Below, in pieces: positions 1 to 9,409 of a stretch of 51,191 bases of DNA. Positions within the stretch are counted from its first letter, which is position 1. Each line of letters opens with the position of its first letter. The stretch is from a virus (Duplodnaviria; Caudoviricetes): IMG/VR virus record IMGVR_UViG_3300033153_012783, positions 1 to 51,191 of that record; one strand, 5' to 3'. The position numbers and the translations under genes are program-made. The notes under the pieces are model-generated. The model made no database searches, was not told where the DNA came from, and saw nothing but the letters and a program-made list of their open reading frames with translations.

Positions 1-114
1 CAGCCTTACGCAGGTTCTGTATCGGGTGATATCGCCGGTACGGGCGCTGAGACCATGCAGAATATCTACCAATATTCGAAATATGCTGCCGCCCAGGAAC
101 AGGCTACGATCTCC
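1..114. repeat. Terminal direct repeat, left copy (circular assembly overlap)
   Basis: 1-114 is identical to 51078-51191; the reading frame continues across the junction. Confidence 0.97.
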
Positions 115-891
115 ATTCAGGGACCTGGTACAGCGGATGCCGGCACAGAGGGTCGGTTCTATCGTAAATTGAAAGATGCCTATGCCGAGGTCAAGCCTGG
201 TAACCCATTTGGTGTGTATACGGGCTCAATGGCGTTTGGTCAGGGTTGGTTTTTGGATACGGGTTATGTGGCATCAGCCAATATTCGTGACTTCACGGTT
301 GTTGATGATAACGGCGTAACCCGATCACCACCTAACCTGCAATCACTTTCGATTACGGGTGCGGCGGTTGATTGGCGCTTAGCGGCATTCCGGTCAACTG
401 GTGCTGGATTGACCCCTATTCTTAGAAATGAATTTGATGTGGGTGTTGTGGGTAGTGGTAATAACCAAGCAGCAGATTCTACGATTTTGATTGGAGCAAA
501 CACCCGCACAGTATCTCCAACGCCTGCAGATGTGCCTGATACTGGCGTTTTGTATGCTCTTGATCCCAATGACACGGGGAATTATTTGCAGTTCCCTTAT
601 AGTTCGGTAAATCGGACAACCAACGTGTTCACACTAGCCTCTGGAACCATTGGTGATGTGACGGGCGCGGTTGATCTGACGCTGGATGATAATGTACATG
701 TAGCATTCATTCGTGATACAGCTTCTGGCTCGTCATTATCGAACACCATTCAATATCTGGCCGACATCCCGATTGTTTATAAAGCCCGTTTGAAAGGATT
801 TAAACCGTTTAGAGGTACGGGTACATTCTCCAGCACAGGGGCCACACTGCCGGTTAACCAACAGCCTGATACCATCGTCGACCTGCCGTAA
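1..891 (+). CDS. C-terminal part of 1027-aa acidic putative virion protein that starts at 48885
   Basis: Frame 1 is open from base 1 and in frame with the 48885 ORF through the terminal repeat; ends KARLKGFKPFRGTG...IVDLP. Confidence 0.9.
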   Translation, partial: QPYAGSVSGDIAGTGAETMQNIYQYSKYAAAQEQATISIQGPGTADAGTEGRFYRKLKDAYAEVKPGNPFGVYTGSMAFGQGWFLDTGYVASANIRDFTVVDDNGVTRSPPNLQSLSITGAAVDWRLAAFRSTGAGLTPILRNEFDVGVVGSGNNQAADSTILIGANTRTVSPTPADVPDTGVLYALDPNDTGNYLQFPYSSVNRTTNVFTLASGTIGDVTGAVDLTLDDNVHVAFIRDTASGSSLSNTIQYLADIPIVYKARLKGFKPFRGTGTFSSTGATLPVNQQPDTIVDLP

Positions 892-2486
892 TGGCGGAAC
901 GCTCAGATATAACGGTGGACTGGGGCATCTCTCCGCGTCTTGCGGAGGTTGCCCTACCATCCACTGAGCTCGCGACGCAAGATGCGCACGATACATTCAA
1001 TTCCAACACCCTTCAGCCTGGAATGGCCGATGCCTCATTGGAAAACATTGATGATGAACCAATTATCGCCTCTGCTGGCAAAGAGGACCTGGGAGGCGGA
1101 ACATCAGTTGGCATCACGGCCACTTTGCTTGATATGCAGATTGCGTTTGAACGTACTGCATCAAGATCATCCGGAGCGGTAACCACAGCAGATTCTGCTG
1201 GTGAGTTACTTATCGATAATTTGGCTGATTTCGTCACTGAAGGCGTGCAGCGTGGTGACTGGGTTATTAATTTTACCGATCAGTCAGTTTGCGAAGTTTT
1301 ATCTGTTGTCGATCTAAATACACTGAGAACCAGGGCTCTATCTGACGGCACTGATAATCAATTCGATATTGCTGATGTTTATAAAGTCTGGGAAGTATCT
1401 GAATGCAACCTGGTTGGCGGTAACTATGTGGCCGAAGATGATGCAGGCGACCCAATCAACCCACTTTTTACCACTTTTGGGCGCTTTGCAACGCGAACAT
1501 CTTCCTCTTCAGCCACATCAACCTCACAGGCACTTTTGGAGCACGGAACCTTCAATGGCGGTATTTATTGGGACGCTATTGGTGGGAAAAGCTCAATAAT
1601 CGAGGATACTGATGGCAATGAGGCAGAGCCGTTATTAAATCTCGATGATGTATTAACCCAGGCGGTTGATAAAGGATTCTCAAAGATATATGTGGTGTCA
1701 ACCACAGCCACGGTTGCGAGTACAGACGTAATCGATGGTTATCAGCTTTATGGTGAGGGCCCAACTCAAACACTGATAACTTTCGAGGCCGGCTGTTCTA
1801 CCGTTAAAACAACAATCAATGATGCTGAGATCGAAGGGGATGTCGAAGGGGCGCTCGAAGTCACTAATTGCCACATATCGCCTTTTACCGATGTCGGCAG
1901 CGCTGTGACAGAGACGGTGTTCAAGGATTGCGTCCTAAAACCAGATGCTACCAACACGATCAAGCTGGCCACGACTGCTACACAAACCATACATATCATT
2001 AATGCCAGGAGTGGTTCACCTGGTGATACTCCGATCACTATCGACGCGAATGGTGCATCGGCGGGTATAAGAATGAGTGGTTATGACGGTGGCGTATTGT
2101 TTAAAAACATTACAAACCCTCTACAAGACATATCGATAGGTACGACGGGTGGCCATGTCGCACTAGATCCTACCTGTACTGACGTTGGATCATTTGTTTA
2201 CCGTGGCGATACCAAGATGACAAACCTCTCGACGATCGTGCCGATAGATCAATCATCGTCAGCGTTAGTATGGGAGCAAGATAGTGGGTCGTTCCTTGTT
2301 AAGATCGTTAAAAACCTGAAAGAAATAATAAAGATATCGGGCGTTTGGTATTTGATCATCTATGATGATGGGGAGGTATCGGGCGGCACGGAAATATTGA
2401 GGAAAGCGCTAAAAGATTCTACAGGGGCAAATATCACTGACCTTGCAGCAGGCACATTGGCAGCGGAGCTAGAAAGTAGTGTTTAA
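891..2486 (+). CDS. Acidic putative virion structural protein (531 aa)
   Basis: TAATG-coupled to the upstream ORF; D/T/G-rich, beta-rich appearance. Confidence 0.75.
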   Translation: MAERSDITVDWGISPRLAEVALPSTELATQDAHDTFNSNTLQPGMADASLENIDDEPIIASAGKEDLGGGTSVGITATLLDMQIAFERTASRSSGAVTTADSAGELLIDNLADFVTEGVQRGDWVINFTDQSVCEVLSVVDLNTLRTRALSDGTDNQFDIADVYKVWEVSECNLVGGNYVAEDDAGDPINPLFTTFGRFATRTSSSSATSTSQALLEHGTFNGGIYWDAIGGKSSIIEDTDGNEAEPLLNLDDVLTQAVDKGFSKIYVVSTTATVASTDVIDGYQLYGEGPTQTLITFEAGCSTVKTTINDAEIEGDVEGALEVTNCHISPFTDVGSAVTETVFKDCVLKPDATNTIKLATTATQTIHIINARSGSPGDTPITIDANGASAGIRMSGYDGGVLFKNITNPLQDISIGTTGGHVALDPTCTDVGSFVYRGDTKMTNLSTIVPIDQSSSALVWEQDSGSFLVKIVKNLKEIIKISGVWYLIIYDDGEVSGGTEILRKALKDSTGANITDLAAGTLAAELESSV

Positions 2487-2637
2487 TATTCAGCCAGGTC
2501 AAGGATTAGGGTTCACTGCCAGCAAGCAAATAGCATTAGGGCTTGGGACGACTACCTTTATAGAAAAGATCATATTGAGAGTGGTTCAGTTTGGATTGCA
2601 CATAACCAAATGCGTGAGGTTTACCGTTGAATATTGA
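2479..2637 (+). CDS. Small hypothetical protein (52 aa, GTG start; not in ORF track)
   Basis: Hand translation VFNIQPGQGLGFTASKQIALGLG...VEY; overlaps the upstream stop and fills the gap. Confidence 0.5.
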   Translation: MFNIQPGQGLGFTASKQIALGLGTTTFIEKIILRVVQFGLHITKCVRFTVEY

Positions 2638-2785
2638 AACATTGTTTTTTCAGGTTATGATAACCAGAGAGATTGTTGGCAATGTAATTGTGAATCAAGC
2701 GATAACTGAGCAAATATCATTGACTCAATTAATAGCAGAGACTGTATCTGTCACACAAGAATTAAATAGTGAGGTCAGAATATGA
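2627..2785 (+). CDS. Small hypothetical protein (~52 aa; not in ORF track)
   Basis: Hand translation LNIETLFFQVMITREIVG...EVRI; stop overlaps the next ATG (ATGA). Confidence 0.5.
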   Translation: MNIETLFFQVMITREIVGNVIVNQAITEQISLTQLIAETVSVTQELNSEVRI

Positions 2786-3087
2786 GTGATATCTTTAAGG
2801 CCCAGACGCTCAAACTTGAATTCACTATTGTTGTCCAAGATGGTGCTGTCGTAGATTTATCAGCTGTTACCTCCTATGATTTGGAATTTAGAAAGCCTGA
2901 TGGCACTTGTGTTACCAAAACACCAAGCTTTGTGTCAGATGGTACGGATGGGAAAATACAATACACAACATTAACCACGGATCTTGATCAGGCAGGCTCC
3001 TGGTCAGTTCAATCCATTGTTATTGATGGGGCTAATGATTATCCGACAGAAACAGTGAGTTTTGTGGTCCAAGACCGTCTTTGCTAA
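2782..3087 (+). CDS. BppU N-terminal-like Ig-fold virion adaptor protein
   Basis: Motifs DLS...FRKPDGT, DGTDGKIQY, DLDQAGSW are typical of this family. Confidence 0.65.
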   Translation: MSDIFKAQTLKLEFTIVVQDGAVVDLSAVTSYDLEFRKPDGTCVTKTPSFVSDGTDGKIQYTTLTTDLDQAGSWSVQSIVIDGANDYPTETVSFVVQDRLC

Positions 3088-3104
3088 GTAACCAGGATAA
3101 CTTA

Positions 3105-4412
3105 ATGGCAAAATTCAAATTACAATGGCCTATTAAGTTAGGCGGCCATCGCACCGAGAAAAAAGCAGCACTAGGTACCAGTGATGCGCTCGGTAAATTC
3201 ATGATGTTTGGTGTGACGGGTGCTGAAACGCCATCATCGGCATTAAATCTTTATAAAGCATCCTCCGCTGTCAGCAATCCAGTCAATAGAGTAGCCGAGT
3301 CTTTTGCCAGCCTGGATCCTGTCATTGAAGAAAATGGCAAAATAATCAAAGATCATCCGGTATTGGAATTATTGAGAAACCCATCACCATACTACGATGA
3401 TGTACTTTTCCTTGAAACACTCGCCAAACATTACCTGGTAACCAATGAATCCGAGATTGTGGCCATCGGTAATATCAATCGACCACCACTGGAACTGCAG
3501 CCCATCAGCCCCGCCAATGTCTCCATCGTTGAGGGTCACAATGGTCTGGCGCAATCAATGGATATTTCGGGTAATACGTTGTCTGGCCAGTATATTCTTG
3601 AACTAAAAAGAAATAATGCCCGTTATTTATCAGGAAGCCTAAGAGAACTCAAACAAATCAGGGGATTTTCAGCCAATGGAAATTCGTTATTGCGCGGTCA
3701 GTCGTTGTTGGTACCAGCTGCAAAGGAAGCCAGGCAGCACATTCTCGGCAATGATCATAATGTCAGCTTGCTGGAAAAAGGTGGCCGGTTAAGCGCCGTA
3801 TTCCATTTCGATCAAGATTTGAATGATGATGATTTTAATGAAACCCGTGACCGGGTACGTGATCAATACGGTGGCGCCAGTAAAGCCGGTGAAATTGGAG
3901 TGACGGCCGGCGGCAAGATGAAAATCAACGAAATGGGCGTCAATAATAAGGATATGGATTATGTGAAGCTGCATGCTATGGCACAACAGGCGGTCGCTAT
4001 GCAGTACAAGGTTCCGTTGCCACTGATCACGATAGTTGCAGCCACATTCAATAATTACAAAGAGGCCAAACTGGCTCTGTACGATGATGCTGTATTGCCA
4101 CTGGCTGATCGCATATTTGGTGGACTGACATCGTTCCTGATGCCAAGGTATGGCCTTGATCCATCAAAGGTTCGCATTACTTACGATATCGATACGATTA
4201 CCGCCCTGGCTGTGCGCCGGAATGAAGAATTGAAGCTGAGAAAAGAACTGGGTGTCGAATCTGATAATGAATTGCGCACACTGATTGGCCGTGAGCCATA
4301 CGAAGGCGGCAATGTAATTCATAAACCAGCTAATTTGATTCCGGTTGGAAGCGATACCGATACCGACGATCTGGAGCCGGTAATTATTCGAAACCAGAAT
4401 GATGATGAATGA
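3105..4412 (+). CDS. Portal protein, HK97 family
   Basis: HPVLELLRNPSP, GGASKAG, DMDY, NELR..GREPYEGG motifs; start moved to ATG 3105 after an AGGA RBS. Confidence 0.92.
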   Translation: MAKFKLQWPIKLGGHRTEKKAALGTSDALGKFMMFGVTGAETPSSALNLYKASSAVSNPVNRVAESFASLDPVIEENGKIIKDHPVLELLRNPSPYYDDVLFLETLAKHYLVTNESEIVAIGNINRPPLELQPISPANVSIVEGHNGLAQSMDISGNTLSGQYILELKRNNARYLSGSLRELKQIRGFSANGNSLLRGQSLLVPAAKEARQHILGNDHNVSLLEKGGRLSAVFHFDQDLNDDDFNETRDRVRDQYGGASKAGEIGVTAGGKMKINEMGVNNKDMDYVKLHAMAQQAVAMQYKVPLPLITIVAATFNNYKEAKLALYDDAVLPLADRIFGGLTSFLMPRYGLDPSKVRITYDIDTITALAVRRNEELKLRKELGVESDNELRTLIGREPYEGGNVIHKPANLIPVGSDTDTDDLEPVIIRNQNDDE

Positions 4413-4438
4413 AAAAAGCGTTTAAAAAGGGGTAAATT

Positions 4439-4654
4439 ATGGGATCAGGAATAGATATGGCGAGGGGTGATGCCCCAGAACACGCGGCAATGCTTGATGA
4501 TTTAAAGGATCAACTTCTGATCGTATTGATCAAACGATTGGGCGGTAAAATCACACTGCCGGTCGCTGAGGTTGATGATACCGGTCAAGATATGCTTTCC
4601 ATGAGCGTTGATCCTGAAAAAGGTTTTTATTTTGAGGTTATTAAAAAATCATGA
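4439..4654 (+). CDS. Hypothetical protein (71 aa)
   Basis: AGGGG RBS; ATGA-coupled to the next ORF. Confidence 0.7.
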   Translation: MGSGIDMARGDAPEHAAMLDDLKDQLLIVLIKRLGGKITLPVAEVDDTGQDMLSMSVDPEKGFYFEVIKKS

Positions 4655-4968
4655 GCGATAAACCCAAAACATGCATGACAGACGGTAGCGAAATTGCGCC
4701 AGACCATCGCGATATCAAAGAAAATGGTCAGCAAAAAGGATATGTTGTTTTATGTCCTGAAGAACGTGCAAAAGGTTACGTCAGACCACTTCGATTAAGT
4801 TATGTACATAATAAATGTGGCGCATTGACAACAATGGCGCATTCAATAGCAGAAACCTATGCCAGAGATCCGAATTTCTATGGTGGGACTTTCTGTGTTG
4901 GATGCGGCGACCATTTTCCGCTGGATGAATTCGTATGGGACGGAACTGACGAAATTGTTGGATCATAA
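4651..4968 (+). CDS. Hypothetical Zn-binding protein
   Basis: HxxC...CxxC (HNKC, CVGC); ETYARDPNFYGGTFC. Confidence 0.75.
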   Translation: MSDKPKTCMTDGSEIAPDHRDIKENGQQKGYVVLCPEERAKGYVRPLRLSYVHNKCGALTTMAHSIAETYARDPNFYGGTFCVGCGDHFPLDEFVWDGTDEIVGS

Positions 4969-5780
4969 TGCCCACCCCAGCCAAGGATCTGAATAATAAA
5001 TTAAAGCTCGAGGCCAAATTACGCCCGAAGATCAAGGCCTATAACGAGAAAATCCTTCTTGAGTTCAAACGACAATACAAATTCGATGGCAATATCCTTA
5101 ATGTATCCCGATTTAACGATGATCTGAATGCCATACTTGCAGACCATTACAAGGAAACATCGGAGATATTCGACGACAATATCGGGCCAGGCTTGCCGGC
5201 AGACGTTAAGCCGACCGAAGAAGATCGCCGTGATATCGAGGCCGCACTGGCAGCATACTTCCTGCTGCAATCAAAGGAACGATCATCTGGTATCAATAAC
5301 ACGACCCAGGGGGACCTCGATCGATCAATCGTTGAAGCCTCCCAGGATGAGTTGGCGCAAGGCCTTATCGGCCGTGAGTTTGTTATTGTTGTTGCTACAC
5401 TGGCAGCCGTATTTGCAGGCCGGAAGATTAACGGTAGAACAGAATCAATTATTCAGACAGAAACACAGTTTGCAGCCGAAACCGCGAAAGGCACTGAGGC
5501 CGAGATATTAAGCGGTCGAGAGCCATCCATTGTGGCGCCAAGCCGGGCAAAGAAAGCAATAAAAAAAACATGGGATACCGTGGGTGATAGCAAGGTGCGC
5601 GAGGCTCATCTTGTTGCTGATGGTCAAGAACAACTGATTTCAGACCCATTTATTGTAGGTGGCGAGAAATTGAGATGGCCAGGTGATACGTCGCTTGGCG
5701 CCAGTTTGGGAAATATTATTAATTGTCGCTGTGGTGCAAGCTATAATAAATCAGACATTATTGAATCGAGGCGATCATGA
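4968..5780 (+). CDS. Minor head protein, MuF/SPP1 gp7 family
   Basis: KTWDTVGDSKVREAH...PGD...INCRC C-terminal signature. Confidence 0.9.
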   Translation: MPTPAKDLNNKLKLEAKLRPKIKAYNEKILLEFKRQYKFDGNILNVSRFNDDLNAILADHYKETSEIFDDNIGPGLPADVKPTEEDRRDIEAALAAYFLLQSKERSSGINNTTQGDLDRSIVEASQDELAQGLIGREFVIVVATLAAVFAGRKINGRTESIIQTETQFAAETAKGTEAEILSGREPSIVAPSRAKKAIKKTWDTVGDSKVREAHLVADGQEQLISDPFIVGGEKLRWPGDTSLGASLGNIINCRCGASYNKSDIIESRRS

Positions 5781-7072
5781 CCCACTATCACGAAATGCCT
5801 GATGGAAGTAAAACAGGCAACTCCATCATTGACGAAGAAAACCCATCCAAGCATTATCATATGCTCAACGGTGTTAAATCATCAATCGAAGATAATAGTG
5901 ATACCCATACTCACACCATCGATGGCCAATTAACTGGTAAAATGATTGAAACAGACGATTCCCATAAGAGGACTGATCCAATGAATTTAGAAACCAAGCG
6001 GCTTGGCGGTGTTTTAATCAGCGTTAAAGAAACAGAACGTGCCGGGGTCAAAATTGGCATCGTCGAAGGTTATATCGCCACCTGGGATATCGATCGCGGT
6101 GACTGGATGGGCGTTAAAGACCAATTTGTTAAAGGCTGCTTCCGTGAATCCATCGCTGATCATCTAAAGCGTGGCCGACAGGTACGATTCAAAGATCATC
6201 ATGGCCGCACTATTGGTGGTTTCCCGATTGATACCGTCAGAGAAGATGATCGAGGCCTATTCGGTATCGCTGAAATTAATCTTGATGTGCAGCAAGGGCG
6301 CGAAGCCTATGCCCTAGCACTGCAGGGTGTATTGGTTGAATTCTCGATCGGTTTCTCTGTTGATGAATTCAGCATGGACGATGAACTGAGGGTTATCACC
6401 AAAGCAACCATATGGGAGGGCTCAATTGTTGATGAGCCAATGAATCCGGCTGCTGTCGTTACCTCTGTGAAATCCGTTGTGCCTTATCAGGACCTGCCAT
6501 TAGCCGATAAAAACCGTTCATGGAATGCCAGTGCCGCCATTGAAAGAGTGAAAGAATTCACCGACTCAGATGAGGCGCCAACCATTAACTATAAAAGCTC
6601 ATTTCTTCAGTATGACAAAGACCATGATGAGACATTTTCCGCCTATAAATTGCCCATTGCTGATGTAATCGATGGAAAATTACGCGCGGTCCCAAATGGT
6701 ATATTCGCAGCCGCCGAATCAATCAAAAGCGGTAATATGGATATACCGGAAGCTGATCGCCCTGGCGTCATTCGTCATATTGAGAAATATTATGCAAAAA
6801 TGGATTTGCCATCACCTTTTGAGGAAGATGATAAGCAGTATTTTATTGCCGACGATGTTGAGAAGATGGATGTTCGAACACTTGAAAAAGCTCTGCGAAA
6901 GACAGGATGTTTCAGCAAATCCGCTGGAAAAATGTTGGCCAAGAGATTGGCGGCTTCACCAAATGTTGACGATGAAGATGATTTGAACAATACTCAGCCT
7001 GAAAGCAAAACTTTTAAAGAAATTATTGATGATCTTAATGGCATAACGAAGTCATTAGCACCATCAGAATAA
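5777..7072 (+). CDS. Prohead maturation protease (HK97/U35 type) with His-rich N-terminal and extra C-terminal domains
   Basis: VEGYIATW, DQFVKGCF, FSIGF, EGSIVDEPMNPAA motifs; possible second start ATG 5981 with GAGG RBS. Confidence 0.92.
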   Translation: MTHYHEMPDGSKTGNSIIDEENPSKHYHMLNGVKSSIEDNSDTHTHTIDGQLTGKMIETDDSHKRTDPMNLETKRLGGVLISVKETERAGVKIGIVEGYIATWDIDRGDWMGVKDQFVKGCFRESIADHLKRGRQVRFKDHHGRTIGGFPIDTVREDDRGLFGIAEINLDVQQGREAYALALQGVLVEFSIGFSVDEFSMDDELRVITKATIWEGSIVDEPMNPAAVVTSVKSVVPYQDLPLADKNRSWNASAAIERVKEFTDSDEAPTINYKSSFLQYDKDHDETFSAYKLPIADVIDGKLRAVPNGIFAAAESIKSGNMDIPEADRPGVIRHIEKYYAKMDLPSPFEEDDKQYFIADDVEKMDVRTLEKALRKTGCFSKSAGKMLAKRLAASPNVDDEDDLNNTQPESKTFKEIIDDLNGITKSLAPSE

Positions 7073-7079
7073 TCCCCCC

Positions 7080-7137
7080 AGAGTGACGCGAGGTCATTTC
7101 TGTTGCTACGGCGAGAGGCCGATAGCGGTTTATTCCA
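7080..7137 (+). promoter_or_regulatory. Tandem stem-loops in the capsid gene leader
   Basis: CAGAGTGAC-GCGAG-GTCATTTCTG and GCTACGGC-GAGAG-GCCGATAGC hairpins. Confidence 0.45.
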
Positions 7138-7170
7138 ACATAATCCGTTAACCTTTAAACAGGAGCAATA

Positions 7171-8364
7171 GTGATGACTAAAGAAGTCACCATTCAAGAA
7201 GTCAAAGAGGCCGTTGGTGCCTTGCAGACGATGGTCGAGTCCAAAGCTGGCATTAACCAGGAAGTGCTCGATAAAATTAACACCACTCTTGATGCGCACG
7301 AAGTTAAAAATCAAGAACTCATTACCCAGCTAAAATCTGCTGAAGATAAAGAGACAGAATTCAAGGAACGTATGGATGTCCTTGAGACTGAACTCGCGCG
7401 CGCAGGCAGTACCGGTAAAAAGGATAATTACAAAGAGCAGCCTGAGTACAAGGCTCTGAACGAAATGGCCAAGATGGGCATTGAAGTTCTTAGCCAGGAA
7501 CATAAAGCATCGCTTCGCACTGATAATGATACCTCTGGCGGTTATCTTGTCCCGGTTGAAATGGACAATCTGATCACCAAGAAGATCATCGAGATCAGTG
7601 GTATTCGAGCCATTGCCCGGGTTCGTACTATCGGTAGCAAGTCTCTGGAAATGCCTATCCGTAACACCATCCCGAGTGCCACCTATGAAGGTGAATCTGA
7701 GGAAGGTGGCGATAGCCAGAGCGCTTACGATAACGAAACCATCACGGCATTCCGCCAGACTTTCACCACTCCCATTACCAAAGATATGCTGATGGATTCA
7801 GCCTTTGATATGGAAGCTGAGATTCTGGGTGATGCAGCCGAGGCCTTTGCCTCCGGTGAAGGTAATGGCTTTGTCGTTGGTACCGGTGCCAAGACTCCTG
7901 AAGGCTTCTTGGTTAATTCCGATGTCGTGGCAGCTGCCCGTAACACAACTTCATCCGGCACTATCGATCCAGAAGATGTCATTCTGCTGACCGGTGACCT
8001 GAAGGTTGGTTATGAGCCTGTCTACGTGATGAACCGCACCACATTGGCTTTCTTGCGTACTCTCAAGTCAACCACTGGTCAGTTCTTATGGCAGCCTGGC
8101 ATGAATGGCCCTGTGGCGAATACTTTGAACGGTTTCCCATATGTGCTGGCTCCCGATATGCCTGACATTGCAGCTAACTCGCTGTCCATCGCCTTTGGTG
8201 ATTTCCGCCGCGGTTATACCATTGTCGATCGTACCGGCATGAGCGTGATTCGTGATGAACTGACGTTGAAGAAAAAAGCCATCGTTGAATTCACCATGAA
8301 CCGCTGGAATACCGGTCAGGTCACGTTGCCAGAAGCCATCAAACTTCTGAAAACATTGCCTTAA
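7171..8364 (+). CDS. Major capsid protein, HK97 fold with N-terminal delta domain
   Basis: Coiled-coil N-terminus, EHK/A putative cleavage site, GGYLVP, FGDFRRGY. Confidence 0.95.
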   Translation: MMTKEVTIQEVKEAVGALQTMVESKAGINQEVLDKINTTLDAHEVKNQELITQLKSAEDKETEFKERMDVLETELARAGSTGKKDNYKEQPEYKALNEMAKMGIEVLSQEHKASLRTDNDTSGGYLVPVEMDNLITKKIIEISGIRAIARVRTIGSKSLEMPIRNTIPSATYEGESEEGGDSQSAYDNETITAFRQTFTTPITKDMLMDSAFDMEAEILGDAAEAFASGEGNGFVVGTGAKTPEGFLVNSDVVAAARNTTSSGTIDPEDVILLTGDLKVGYEPVYVMNRTTLAFLRTLKSTTGQFLWQPGMNGPVANTLNGFPYVLAPDMPDIAANSLSIAFGDFRRGYTIVDRTGMSVIRDELTLKKKAIVEFTMNRWNTGQVTLPEAIKLLKTLP

Positions 8365-8373
8365 TAGTTAATT

Positions 8374-8399
8374 AGCGGGGTGTAAAAGCCCCGCTTTTT
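8374..8399 (+). terminator. Rho-independent terminator
   Basis: AGCGGGG-TGTAAAAG-CCCCGCT followed by a T run. Confidence 0.85.
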
Positions 8400-8431
8400 A
8401 ACCCATCATTAATTTATAGAGGAATACGACG

Positions 8432-8842
8432 ATGGAATACGATCTTCATAACAACGTGAATGCGGCCATGGCTTTGAACGAGGCAGCAATTACAACCGAC
8501 ACGACAACTGTTGGTGAAATCATCGATACAGTTGGATACGAAAGCCTGGAATATATCCTTGCTTCCGGAACTATCACTGATGGCGCCTATGCATTGCTGC
8601 TAGAAGAAGGTGATGATTCAGGTCTTTCAGATGCCGTTGCTGTACCGGCTGATGAAATTCTGGGTGATTTGGTTGGCTTTGTAGCTGCTGATGACGATAC
8701 TGTTAAGCGCGTTGGTTCAGTTGGCAAAAAACGCTATCAACGCCTAAGCATTGTCTCCACCGGTACCACCACTGGCGCTGATTCAATCGGTGCTGTAGCG
8801 GTTCAGGGTCATCCAAAACACGGTGCTGTAGCTAATAATTAA
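8432..8842 (+). CDS. Putative head decoration/cement protein
   Basis: Directly after the capsid gene; IIDTVGYESL, GKKRYQRLSIV beta-sandwich pattern. Confidence 0.65.
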   Translation: MEYDLHNNVNAAMALNEAAITTDTTTVGEIIDTVGYESLEYILASGTITDGAYALLLEEGDDSGLSDAVAVPADEILGDLVGFVAADDDTVKRVGSVGKKRYQRLSIVSTGTTTGADSIGAVAVQGHPKHGAVANN

Positions 8843-8871
8843 AGATTAAGCTAATAATCTGCACCAAAATA

Positions 8872-8902
8872 AATGCAGGGGTGTAAAAGCTCCTGCATTT
8901 TT
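8872..8902 (+). terminator. Rho-independent terminator
   Basis: AATGCAGGGG-TGTAAAAG-CTCCTGCATT plus a T run. Confidence 0.85.
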
Positions 8903-8923
8903 CACATCTAAAAGGGGTAAATT

Positions 8924-9409
8924 ATGCAACATGTTAAATTTAAAGAAGCCGGTAAGTGGGCTGATCGTCCATGTGATCCAATTTTAGAAGTTGAGGCTGG
9001 CCAAACAGTTCTTGTGTCTGATGCCCTGGCCAAAATTGTTGTCGACGATGCCAAGAAAGGTAAGCGTGTTGATGATCCTGACGCTGATCCAGAAGCCGCA
9101 GCCAAAAAGGAAGCTGATCGTTTAGAGGCTGAACAAAAAGCCAAAGCTGATGCTGAGGCTCAAGCTAAGGCAGAAGAAGAGGCTCGTATTAAGGCCGAGG
9201 AAGAAGCTAAGGCAGAAGAAGCGCGTCTGGCTGAAGAACAGGCTGCCAAAGACAAAGCGGAGCAGGAAGCCGCTGAGGAGCAGGCTAAAAAAGAGGCTGA
9301 AGAAGCGGCCGCTAAGGAAAAAGCTGATGCCGAGGCTGCCGAAGCTGCTAAAAAAGAAGCCAACAAAACTCCACCAAAAAAAGATAAGGGCAAAGCAGAG
9401 AGTAAATAA
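8924..9409 (+). CDS. Ala/Glu/Lys-rich low-complexity protein
   Basis: Small N-terminal domain plus a long EAKA-type helical tract; strong RBS. Confidence 0.8.
   Translation: MQHVKFKEAGKWADRPCDPILEVEAGQTVLVSDALAKIVVDDAKKGKRVDDPDADPEAAAKKEADRLEAEQKAKADAEAQAKAEEEARIKAEEEAKAEEARLAEEQAAKDKAEQEAAEEQAKKEAEEAAAKEKADAEAAEAAKKEANKTPPKKDKGKAESK

Noticed and set aside
1-114. Biological terminal repeat
   Set aside because: It falls mid-ORF; more likely an assembler overlap of a circularly permuted genome.
55-891. Independent 278-aa gene as listed in the ORF track
   Set aside because: It is the in-frame tail of the ORF starting at 48885.
9100-9370. Tandem repeat or CRISPR-like array
   Set aside because: Degenerate codon repeats of an Ala/Glu/Lys-rich protein; no repeat-spacer pattern.
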